Source of the DNA: Octopus vulgaris
Taxonomy: Eukaryota
Direction: 5' to 3'
Length of the DNA: 64,000 nucleotides
Assembly: GCA_951406725.2 (NCBI GenBank)
Contig: OX597822.1
Coordinates: forward strand, 93,744,001 to 93,808,000
Each line of letters starts with the position of its first letter. Within the stretch, counting starts at the first letter, position 1. Shown one piece after another: positions 51,136 to 62,910 of this stretch. Under the pieces are notes generated by a model that saw nothing but the letters and a program-made list of their open reading frames with translations, was not told where the DNA came from and did not search any database. The translations under genes and the position numbers were made by a program.

Positions 51136-53852
51136 CACAATGGGACAAGAACGCAAAACATCCAAATAGACGATACAAAAAACACAGACGGGTCATTCGA
51201 AGCCTTTAATCTTCAGTCAAGAACCGGATCATCCTTGCAATTTCGGCTGATTAATCTTGAGATTGCTCCAATCTGTCCAATAGCTAGATGTAAAATCTCA
51301 AGAGATCAGAGTAGTAACTATACTAAAAATTAGGAGTCAGTCGCCACATCAAAGTGGCTGTTCCATGTTACTACTAGTTTAACCCCAGGCAGATCTTCTG
51401 CCAAGTGGTTATCAGTGTGCACTGCACCCTTTATATACAATATATATTGCTAGCAGGGGAGTGAACCCTCGCCATCCATAAGATAAGACTGGGAAAAAAA
51501 TCTATAAAAAGGCATGATGGTCATAAATGGATCATCTTTTGATCATATATTAGCTTGACTAGTGCAGATTTGGGGCAAACAGATCTAGTTTGTTTCATTT
51601 GCAAAATGACCCCGCTTTAATTTTGCTCAGATTGTTTTCAATTTTGGTGTATTGATGCAATCTGATTTTGATTACCATCAACCAATTATTTTATGTCATA
51701 AATTAGACTCTGATGTTATTTGGAATTAAAGTTGGGAAATTTGGGTAATTTTAGCCAATCAATAGACAGTGAGGCACTAACAGCAAGTTACCATGACAAC
51801 CGCATGTTGTGTTGTTTCACTTCACCCACATGTGTTCATTCTTCACACCACGAGATTTACTTAACCCATGTGTTTTGTGTTAATAAAAATTTATATTTAT
51901 CAATTAGAATTTTGTTATAGATATTTTTTGTCAATTGTCTTAATATTTTACATATTTTTCATGTATAGCAAAAGTTGTTTGTGATATTTATACAGTTTCT
52001 TGGCATTACGAAGTTGAATGGAATATATAAATTTAGTACACAACCACACACCTACACTTCAAGCACAGTACTGACAAAGCATTGGTGACTCATCAACTCA
52101 GTATTGCCAAGCTTCAGGGACTCATTGACTCAGACAGCTGGATTTATGATTCCACTAGGTTAATTCTATTCATAAACATTTAAATTAGGAGTATTTCTTA
52201 AACCATTAGCTTCACATTTCAACAGCTTAACTGAAATTTAGCCCACGTAACAGGAACTGAGAGGGATATCGTGGAAAAGAGAAACTGTGGGCGATACAGA
52301 TAATTTGACATTATTTTTGAATTCTGCATGCAAAAGCGTAAGATATACAGGTATTCTTTTTCTTGAGACAAATTCTTTAGCCAGTGTTATTCTTACCATA
52401 GTTTATAAATCCAAGCATGAAAACGTTACTCAACTTTAAAGTCTTGGAGACAGACGCTCCTTCATTCACACACACATGCACTTATATATTAATAATGTAC
52501 ACAAATACATGACAAGTATACATAATATTGAAATACATATAAAGTAAGCACATGCAGACAAATATATTAATATAATAAATTTTTTAAAAATAATAAAAAC
52601 ATACAATCAATGAAGAGACAAAAGAATCAGTAAGATGATACATGTTGATTTTATTAGGTATTTTTGTTTATTTAGAAACTTACAATGAAATTAGGTATTT
52701 CTGTTTATTTCAAGGTGCAATCCCATGGTCTGTGTCATGACCAAAGGGGGTCTCAGAAAGTATTTATGTGTCTGTGTATATATATGTATTTATATGTATG
52801 TATACATATAGTATTTGCAAGTGAAAAGAGATTCTGTCACTAGCTTGTGGTTGTCTCACACTGAGGAAGTGCAACCAACCAGAAACTTAGGTCTATATCA
52901 TGTGAGGCTAGAAATGGTAGCGATGACCTCTCTTGCAAATGTTATACGGACACAAACTGTGTGTCGATAGCCAGCTGGAAAAGATGTTTTCCTGGGGTTA
53001 AAACAGCAGTAGCATCGTCCTTTATAGGGCTGCAACATTCGGTTGGCATATAAACTTTACTATTCGGTACAGTAACTGTATATCTCTCGCTCAGAGATTT
53101 AAAACAATGAACAGGTCAGGCGCTAAACTATAAATTTCACAGGGTACAACCTTAAAGTTGACACCGCTCTGCTAAATGCAGAAAATTTCTGTCTCGCTAT
53201 TGGCTAAAAATACAGTTTTTCCAATTTTTAAATCTCTATAACTTTTTTTCTCCACAACATCATACCTTCATAGTAATGAGACTGGAAGACTACATTATTA
53301 TAGCTGGTTTTCAGATTTTGTACTTCCTTTTAAAAAATGCATATTTTGTGAATGAAAAAAAACTAGATCCCTGAAACACAAAAACAATAATAAAATATAC
53401 TTGTCATAATCATTATCGTCATCATCACTGCCATCATCATCACCATCATCGTCACCATAACATCATCAATACCACTACTATCATCACCCTCACCACTCTC
53501 ACTACCATCTTTCTCCCCCTTCCCACCACCAGCCATATCATTATCATTATTACTATCACCATCACTACCACCAGTTTCACTGTCATCACCACCACCACCA
53601 CCACCATCATCACCACAACTATCATCATCATTCCCGCCATCATCATCATGTGCAGCTTCAGTACTACAATATTCAACAGTCCTCTCAGATAATTCCCCAC
53701 CATCCGTTGACACTCCATTGATGTCATATGCCTTCTAAAATTAGCAACATGTCATCATAGTTGTCATCATAGTGCTTAGAGAATGTTCCAGAAGTGAAAT
53801 GGTGATATGACACAAGTGAATTTACAGCTACTCATCCACTATATTAAGACAT

Positions 53853-54378
53853 ATATATTGCTGGCTGCAGTGGACTCAGGCTATCGCTCTGGCGACCAGG
53901 TGCTCGCCACTGAGGATGAACCAAATAGCTCAAAACTGAGTCAGTCTTGCGATGCTGCTATCTGTTAGAGGATGGTATAAGGCTTCGTTCCCCCTGCTAG
54001 CGATATATATTGTATATAAAGGTGCAACATTTATAACATTTACCAGCTGGTTATCGGTGCTACTAGTTTAAACTAGTAGTAACATGGAACAGCCATTCTG
54101 ATGTGGCGACTGAGCTTTACTTCTAAGTATAGTTACTACTATGATCTCTTGAGGTATTTTGCTTGTTGCAAATCAGTGACCAATGGTCACTTTGTTTACA
54201 ATATATTGCTGGCTGGTGTGGACTCTGGCTATCGCTCTGGTGGTCAGGTGCTCGCGACTGAGGGTAAGCTAAATAGCTCAAAACTGAGTCAGTCATGCAA
54301 TCCTTTTATCTGCTAGAGGATGTTAGGGCTTCGCTTCCCTTGCTAGTAATATATATTGTATATAAAGGGTGCAGCATC
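53853..54378 (+). mobile_element. retrozyme-like tandem element (348-bp period, 1.5 units), each unit with a decayed hammerhead
   Basis: Unit starts at 53853 and 54201. Hammerhead motifs at 53904-53952 and 54252-54300. Partial inverted copy at 51290-51480. Confidence 0.65.
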
Positions 54379-54641
54379 AAACCGATAATCTACATGACAT
54401 CCTATGCCCACATATGCATAAATATATGTAGAGTAGATGAAACCATGGCGACTGAAGACGGGGTTTTTTCTTTGTGTTAATTGTCCTGTACTCTATTTTT
54501 TTGTTGTTTAAAAAAATGTCCAGTTCCTTGGGTTTATGTCTATGTTTTCGTTTCTCATTGTGTTCGACGTTTTTTTTTTGGTGTCCTGTACTCATATATG
54601 CGTGTATATATACATGTAGAGGTTGGTACGTACATATATGC

Positions 54642-54676
<35 letters not shown>

Positions 54677-55267
54677 CTTACATATAAGAGAGAGGGTATG
54701 TAGTTTAGAGAAAGTATACATTTCTCTAAACTTGGTACGATTCATCAACACTGTATCTCTCCCTTCTCTCCTACATTTCTTTGCCTTTCTTACTTTGCAC
54801 TTCACTTTGTCCCTGTCTCTTTTTCTCGCTCTCTCTCTTCTCCTCCTCCTTAATTCCTTGTTCCTCTTTTTCTTTCTCTTCCCCCTCCTTAATTCTTCTG
54901 TCCCTCTTTTCCTCTCTCTTCTCTTCACAACTACTGGCCTTTTCGGGTCTGGCAGCTGTTGTGGTAACATCAATATTTTTTTTCTCTGCCCCAAGGCACA
55001 TTCCTAACACGCCAGCTGAGTTTAATTCGTCCTAGTCGAAAGACGCCTGTTTATGATATCCTATTATTGTTATTGTTATTATTATTATTATTGTTTTTAC
55101 GTATTATTTTTGTATTCATATTCGTGTAACATCGTCCATTTTTCCGTCCTTGTTTTGTATACATTCGAAGCTTTCTTCCAAGGAATCTAATGCGCTTGCC
55201 TGGGTTAAACAGCCACTTTGATGTGGCGACTGACTTTATATATGTGTGTGTGCGTGTGTGTGTGTAT

Positions 55268-55324
<57 letters not shown>

Positions 55325-55367
55325 CATATATAATATAAATAATATATATATATATATGCATATATAC

Positions 55368-58293
55368 CAGGGGTGGGCAAACTATGGCCCGCGGGCCGCA
55401 TGCGGCCCTCCATAGGTTTTTCATGCGGCCCGCCGAGAGCTTTTATGAATCCCAACTTCTATGAAGATACTTCGTAACTGTTTCAGTTGTACGGTAATTC
55501 ACAATAGTTTGCATTTTATTTCAATTCACTGTTTCGCGCCTTCGCAAAATTGTCCGCTGTTTGTTTGTTTCAGCTACTGTGAAGCGATGAAAAATTTTGA
55601 GAAATATTCCCATGATATCATAATAAAACACATTTCCGGGTGAAGATATCTTTTCTGTGTTTTCTCGTCAGACCCTACAAACTCAAAAATTAATCGAACA
55701 ATGAAACAAGTATTGTGGCAATACAACGAGTCAATCGATATGCTTGAAACATTCAAATAAATAAATCACGTTATAGATGGTGAAGAGGGCATGATGGACG
55801 ATGCGTTTCGTTCCAATGAAGAAGCCGGCCAGGTTAATAAAAGGGCTTGAACCAGCTTTTTCTGGACACAGAGCTGTGGTTGGTTATCATTCACTCTATC
55901 GATTATTTGAATTTAGTACAGACACGAGTGTTTCAAACTAGCTTTTGTTGTCTGATAAAATTTACCCAAAATGAGTTGTTCGAAGCTATCTAACAAGCGA
56001 AAAATTGAAGAGGAATGTCGTGTTTTTAATGAAAATTGGACTGAAAAGTATTTCTTTACCGACGTTGGAGTGAAAGCTGCATGTTTGATTTGTTCTGAAA
56101 CAGTTGCTGTGTTCAAGGAATATAATTTGAAACGCCACTTTCAAACGAAGCACGCCAATTTTGGACACAATTTATCAAAACAAGAACTGCAAAAGAAAGC
56201 AAATAATCTGACAAAACGTTTGAAGCAACAGCAAAATGTGTTTGATAAAACTTCCTCTTTACAAAGGAACGCGACAAAGGCAAGTTTTATATTGGCCAAC
56301 AAAATTGCAAAGCAAAACAAGTCATTCGCAGAAGCAGAATTTATCAAAGATTGTATGGTTGATGCTGTCAGCGTTGTGTGTCCTGAAGTTAAGTCAAAAG
56401 TAGAAGCCATTTCCCTGTCACGAAGAACTATTGTTCGTCGCATTGATGCAATTGCCGTGAATATTCATGAACAGCTGTTAACAGCCAGTGGTTGATTTCA
56501 GTGGTTTTCTATTGCTTTAGATGAGAGTACTGATATTCAGGATACTGCTCAGTTACTCATTTACATCAGAGGAATTGACGAAAACTTTGAAATTACAGAG
56601 GAATTGTTATCTATGGAGTCTCTCAAAGTCACTACTACTGGAAAAGATTTGTTCAACAGTGTCATTAACAGTTCAATCAGGTCTGGATTAACCCTAAATA
56701 AACTGGCCAGCATTACAACCGATGGAGCTCCTTCACTCACCGGTAAACATTCCGGCCTTGTGAAGTTGTTGAATGACAAAATCAAAGAAGATTTTCCACT
56801 ACACAGTGTGTTGTCTTTTCACTGCATCATACATCAAGAAAGCCTTTGTAAGTAATCTTTAAAACTCAAACATGTCATCGAACCTGTGGTGCATGCAGTG
56901 AATTTAATAAGATCACGGGGATTGAAACACAGGCAATTCCGAAGTTTCTTGGAGGATGTGGAGGCTGATTTTACTGATGTGCTGTACTACACAAATGTCC
57001 GCTGGTTAAGCATTGGAAAAGTTCTTAAGAGAGTATGGGACCTCAAAGCAGATATTCTTATGTTTCTCAAAATGCAAGACATCTCCTGTGACTTTTTAAA
57101 CGAAATGGAGAGTGACGAATGGGTTTGTGATTTTGCATTTGCTGTGGACATAATGCAGAAGCTGAATGAACTTAACACAAAACTGCAAGGCAAAGGTATA
57201 TTTGCTCATGAATTGTACCTGGAAGTGAAAGCTTTTCAATGGAAGCTTGGACTTTTTGCCAAGCAGCTGAATGAGCAAAAATTTATTCACTTCCCTCTGC
57301 TGAAAACACAGTCTGTTACACAAGAATCATCGGACAAGTACAGTTCCCAGTTGATGGCTTTACAAAAGGAATTCATTTGAAGATTTGCTGATTTCAAGGC
57401 AGTTGAAGGCCTGTTCGATTTGCTTAACTCACCTCTTGCCTGTGACATTGAAACAACTACCGAGGAACTGCAGTTAGATCTGATTCATTTGCAAGCTGAC
57501 AATTCTTTAAAGATGATGTTTGAAAGTAAACCACTGGTCGAGTTTTATGCTTCTCTACATTCAAAAAAGTTTCAAAATCTAAAACAATTTGCAAGAAAGA
57601 TGTTTGTGTTGTTTGCATCAACTTACATATGTGAGCAGACTTTCTCCATCATGAAAATTAACAAGGGGAAGAATCGATCACTTCTCACAGACTCAAATCT
57701 TCTGTCAGTGTTAAGAATCAGCACAAGCAACTTGACACCTAATTTTGACAAACTGGTAAATGACAGTAGTCAGCTGCATCATTCTCATTGACATTGTTAT
57801 TTACAGAGTCGCTTTGTTTTTCAAATAAATGCTTCAGGTGACGTTTCTAGTTTCAGATATCAATTCATATTAATAAACTGTTATTTCTCTTTAAAATCTT
57901 TTATTTTGGGTATCCTAGAATTTAAGTATAATATTCATCATGGTTGTCCATAATATTAAGAGGTGGTTGTCCACAATTAGTGCAGATTTTACTAGGAAAA
58001 TTCCGTTCCTGGCAATTTGTAAGCAATAACAGGCTGTCCAAAATAACCGAGGTTCCTGTAATAATTTCAACTATAGGAGCAAATAACCGAAAAACATGAA
58101 CCCGATACTCTAAAAAATAAATTAAATCACTTAAACCAGGAATATTTCACAAAATTTCCTTTCAATCAATTGTGTGTTTATAGGTCTATAACCGCCTTTA
58201 AAAATATTTTCACTTGATTTTTATAAATGAGGCCCGCCAAGGTTCCAAAGACGCACTGTGCGGCCCGCGATCAAAAAAGTTCGCCCACCTCTG
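55368..58293 (+). mobile_element. full-length hAT (SPIN/Charlie/Buster-like) DNA transposon
   Basis: TIRs CAGGGGTGGGCAAACT / AGTTCGCCCACCTCTG. 8-bp TSD ATATATAC at 55360-55367 and 58294-58301. Confidence 0.95.
55971..57791 (+). pseudogene. hAT transposase (GTF2IRD2/SPIN-like), 606 codons with three in-frame stops
   Basis: The four track ORFs share one frame. Motifs: BED finger CLIC...NLKRH...H, FSIALDESTDIQDTAQL, TTDGAP, HCIIHQ, VRWLS, STYICEQTFS. Confidence 0.93.
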
Positions 58294-58314
58294 ATATATA
58301 CATACGTATATGTA

Positions 58315-58381
<67 letters not shown>

Positions 58382-59212
58382 TATGTGATATGTGGGCATA
58401 GGATGTCATGTAGCGTGTACAACATAAAATACGAAGTACGAGTGCATGGAATATGAACTATTTTTCGTACAGCAAAGGACACAAATGGAAAATAAGACAA
58501 ACAAAATAAAGAACAACCCTTCATCAGTTGTTGGCTGTTTTTCTACTCTCGTATTTCGAGCATTTAACAACAATATACGCTTTCGATAAAACAGTTGCTC
58601 CTGCAAAGCAAATTAAATAAAATTTGGGATTTTGCGGAGTGTCAAAATTGGTACACAAACAGGACAATGAAAACAAACAGGAAGGACTACTAAACCCAAA
58701 CGAGGTTGTGGTGGCGAACGCGTAAATCAAGCTTGGACAGGAGACAGACAAGAACACGTCTTCCTTGTTCAAGCTACAACGGAGAGAAAGAAAGAAACAT
58801 CTTGAGAATGTTGGTACATTAATGTATCAATGAGAGAAAGGAACAAGATATGGCCAAAGTGCAATGTTAGTGTTCGTTACTTTTTTCCCAAGATGGGTGC
58901 ATCATAAGTTGCTTATGCCGCACCCTCTGCAACGTTACACCTACTAACTGGAACTTTACACATAAACGTTCACCTCCGTAACACGGATCATACCATCAAA
59001 CCCACCACTGAAGTTCTATGGAAACATAATGTAAACTATTGCCTAAAATTACCCTTCCTATAAAAACTCCTCCTGGGAACGACTATATTCACTTGTCCAC
59101 CACTAGACGAAATAACATGGATCTTATAATACATCACGGGAAGTCTGTATCTTATGTCCCCTTGCTATACCCAAATCATTATACTATGATGTACTTCACT
59201 TCTGGCTACCCG

Positions 59213-59653
59213 CATGGTTCTTGGTCTCAAGCATTTGTCTTATGAAGAAAGGCTGAAGACGCTCGACCTTTATTCTCTAGAAAAACGACGACACCGTGGA
59301 GATCTCATTCTTGCTCACAACATCATAAGCGGAAAGAGTAACCTCTCGAAAAAGCTGTTATTCACTCTTGCTCCAGAGCGTCGGCTGCGGGCTCACTCCG
59401 AAAAGCTCTATCTGCGACGATTTCATCTCAATCGAAGGAGAGGGGCTTTCTCCGTCCGGGTTGCGGATCCGTGGAATAAGCTGGCGGACGAGATAGTGAA
59501 GATGCCGACGACCGCTCGGTTCAAAGTCTCTCTTGACCAGAAATAGCCTGAACTCTTTGCATGAACACCCTCCATGTACATAACTCCATGTCCCCCTACA
59601 TGGCCTTGCTTCTTGCTTTTTGAGCCAAAAATTTAACTTAACTTAACTTAACT
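59213..59653 (+). mobile_element. CR1-type LINE 3' fragment with (AACTT)n tail
   Basis: LSYEERLKTLDLYSLEKRRHRGDLI...FSVRVADPWNKL, then tail TTAACTTAACTTAACTT. Confidence 0.88.
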
Positions 59654-59779
59654 TGTATTCTCGTGCTTGTTCTTATTCTTACTCATATTCTTTTTCTACT
59701 CTATTTCAAAAAGACAAACACACTGTAGCTATTGTTAACTGATTTTTACATGTGTTAGCCCCCATCCAACCACTTAGAA

Positions 59780-59902
59780 CCTCTGAAGAAGCCTAGAGAC
59801 ACATTCATTATCCAAGCCTTATCTGCTTATCCCTGCATGACACTGAAGAGATGGTGATAACCGGGAAGATTTCGTTGCCTCTTGGCAGAAACGGCCGTAA
59901 GG
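59780..59902 (+). ncRNA. hammerhead-like motif with long stem II insertion
   Basis: CCT-CTGAAGA-A-GCCTAGAG...(about 80 nt)...CTCTTGGC-A-GAAAC-GGCC-GTA-AGG, with palindromic stem III ACGGCCGT. Confidence 0.6.
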
Positions 59903-60351
59903 AATTAGCACCCGCATACCCATTCGGTTCTAGTGACAATCCGCTCATTTGCTCATTTACCCATTTTCTCATTTGCTCATTTGCTCAATTACTCACTTGT
60001 TCTTATGTGATTATATGCTTCCACATCCTTGTTTATGCAATTACCAACTTTTTCTACTTGATAATCTGTCCCACTAATACATGTGTGTGGATTCATCCAA
60101 CACATTTGAATAAATAGATACACTGGAATGTTTACCAGCTGGTGTCTGTCGATTTTATATCCTCTCCACTTTCTTATTTGTCGTATAAATCAAGAGCAAA
60201 CCATTTTTTACTCCCGCCCATATATAACACTCAATTGCGAGATCGCCACGCAATAACCAGCATTTGGGTATGAGTAATTGTGTACACTACAAGCAGTATA
60301 TCGGATAGGTACTATCCATTAGTTGGTTTCTCAACCTCTAACTCACACAGA

Positions 60352-60675
<324 letters not shown>

Positions 60676-61089
60676 TTTCTGACCCAAATTCAACTTTAAC
60701 CCACGCTTCAACCAACCGGTATGCTGTGCCCTCATTTGAAATGACGTATACTGACGACTTTTACATGTAGCTTCTTAATAATAGTGACATTATTCCACAT
60801 TTAGTCAGTCGTCGTCGAATTTCTCGTGCAGGAGTAAACGTGTTTGGTCCACTTTTCGATTTGTCACTTGTTGTAAATAAATTACGAAAAACGTGCTTGT
60901 GTGAAAAATTTTTTTTATGGATTTGACAAACTTGTGAAATGTTTCAACAAACCCAAAACCAGATTATTTGAGCTGTTCGTAATGTCACGAGTGGATACCC
61001 GCGTTTTTTGTTTAGGAAAAAACATTCACCGAATGAAACCACAACAATAGATGACTATCACATTGCAAAAGCGTGCGTTACGACTCGGA

Positions 61090-62910
61090 AGAATCCCAAC
61101 TAGAATGTTTGTAATGCTTCCGAAAGTAGGCGTCTGTAAAAGTTGGCACCAAGTGTTTTTATGAAAAAATATATATTTAAGAAATATCGTGTTGCTGTGC
61201 AAAATTTGTTGTCACAGTTAGGAGCTGTTTGAGGATCTTTTCGGTTTGAACGGCAGTTTTTTCTAGCCGTGTCATATGAAATTGTCACCCATAATTATGA
61301 CCCTAGTATCGATCTATTGCATTTCAATCTGTTTTAGGGTTAGGGTTAGTTAGGGGTGGGGAAGAGTATCTTTTTTTCTTCACATAAGCCCAATCTGTTT
61401 CTTAAACGAGGGACATATTCACACGACACAATGTTGTTTTTTTTTACCTCAATAGACGTCAGTGATTGGTTGAAATTGCAGAAATTGAAGGAAAAAAAAC
61501 AACAAATATTTTACAAACTGTAGAATTTTCTCAATAAAGCCAAGAGAAAAAGATGTTTTATAAACACATTCTACCAGTATACGAAGTTTAAAATTTTTTA
61601 GTTACCTAGAAATTATGTTAAAAACTGCCGTTCAAACCGAAAAGATCCCTGTTTGATCGTTCGTATGCCGATGTAAAGTTTTTGCAAACAGTCGTACAAA
61701 GTGACGAAACGTGATGTCAAAACATGACTGTCATAAGAGTTGATGAGTGTACGGCTACGATGTCGGAACAAGACTGTGGTAAGAGGTGTCGAAACGTTGG
61801 TGTACGGTTGTGATGTCAGAACAAAACTATCTTAAGAAGTGAGAGACGTGGACATCCGGCTACGTTGAGAGAACAACTGTCGTAAAAGGTGACGAAACGT
61901 GGTCGTATAGCTGCGATGTCGGAACAATTACCGTAAGAGGTGACAATGCGTGAGTGTATGGTTACGATACATAGGCGCAGGAGTGGCATAGGCGCAGGAG
62001 TGGCTGTGTGGTAAGTAACTTGCTAACCAACCACATGGTTCCGGGTTCAGTCCCACTGCGTGGCATCTTGGGCAAGTGTCTTCTACTATAGCCCCGGGCC
62101 GACTAATGCCTTGTGAGTGGATTTGGTAGACGGAAACTGAAAGAAGCCTGTCGTATATATATATGTATGTGTGTGTGTTTGTATGTCTGTGTTTGTTCCC
62201 CTAGCATTGCTTGACAACCGATGCTGGTGTGTTTACGTCCCCGTCACTTAGCGGTTCGGCAAAAAGAGGCCGATAGAATAAGTACTGGGCTTACAAAAAG
62301 AATAAGTCCCGGGGTCGAGTTGCTCGACTAAAGGCGGTACTCCAGCATGGCCGCAGTCAAATGACTGAAACAAGTAAAAGAGTAAAGAGTAAGAGTATAT
62401 CAGAACAAAAACAGTCATAAAAGGTGACAAAATAAAGGTGTACGGTTATGATATCGAACAAAACAGTTATAAGAGGTGACAAAGTATGGATGTGTTGTTA
62501 CAATATCGAACAAAACAGTCATAAAAAGTGACGAAACGTGGATGCATGGCTACGTTGTCGTAACGATAAAGCAATCATCGCAGTGGTTTGGAACATCGTC
62601 TCCACGACCAAGAAAAGTGCCTCTGGATCGTTCAAATGTGAAAGTGATACTGATCGCCTTCTTTATCGCAAGAGTATCGTTCATTATGAGTCTGTTCTAC
62701 GTGGCCAGAAGATCAATAAAGATCTTACTTGGATCTCCTGGGTCGTTTGAGGAAGGTAATGAGAAATACGAAACTTGGTGTATAGACAAAGAAAACTTAG
62801 ATGTTGCAATACGAGAACACACCTGCTCGAGCGTCCCTCTTTATCTGTGAATTTTTGGTAAGTACGAGAAGACTGTCGCTCCACCGTGGCTCTATTTTCC
62901 TAGTTTGGAA
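61090..62910 (+). mobile_element. decayed mariner remnant with internal minisatellite, MITE and SINE insertions
   Basis: SDETWMHGY...KQSSQW..SSPRPRK...SNVKVILIAFF in ORF 62476-62850. Ends not defined. Confidence 0.75.
61233..61648. mobile_element. GG-terminal MITE (same family as 3609-4463, opposite orientation)
   Basis: TIR GGATCTTTTCGGTTTGAACGGCAGTTTTT. 8-bp TSD CTGTTTGA at 61225-61232 and 61649-61656. Confidence 0.9.

Noticed and set aside
51200-51250. Permuted hammerhead-like GCC-GAAA...CTGAAGA..GGC on the minus strand
   Set aside because: Requires a 5-nt insertion after A9, has no proper stem III, and has a mismatch next to the cleavage site. Too weak to call.
54377-55010. Lys/Arg/Glu-rich ORFs
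   Set aside because: Derived from a CT-rich low-complexity tract and (TA)n. No splice or homology support.
56493-57380. In-frame TGA codons in the hAT transposase as selenocysteine or readthrough
   Set aside because: One of the three stops is TAA, the TGA codons fall at positions compatible with Arg CGA decay, and no SECIS was seen.
58515-58565. Permuted (type II) hammerhead on the minus strand: GCTC-GAAA...CTGATGA-AGGGT
   Set aside because: The segment that should form stem I (GAAAAACAGCCAACAA) cannot base-pair.
60200-60300. Possible GIY-YIG remnant (VVYTIT...YMGGS) on the minus strand
   Set aside because: Interrupted by a stop, with too few residues to distinguish from chance without an HMM search.
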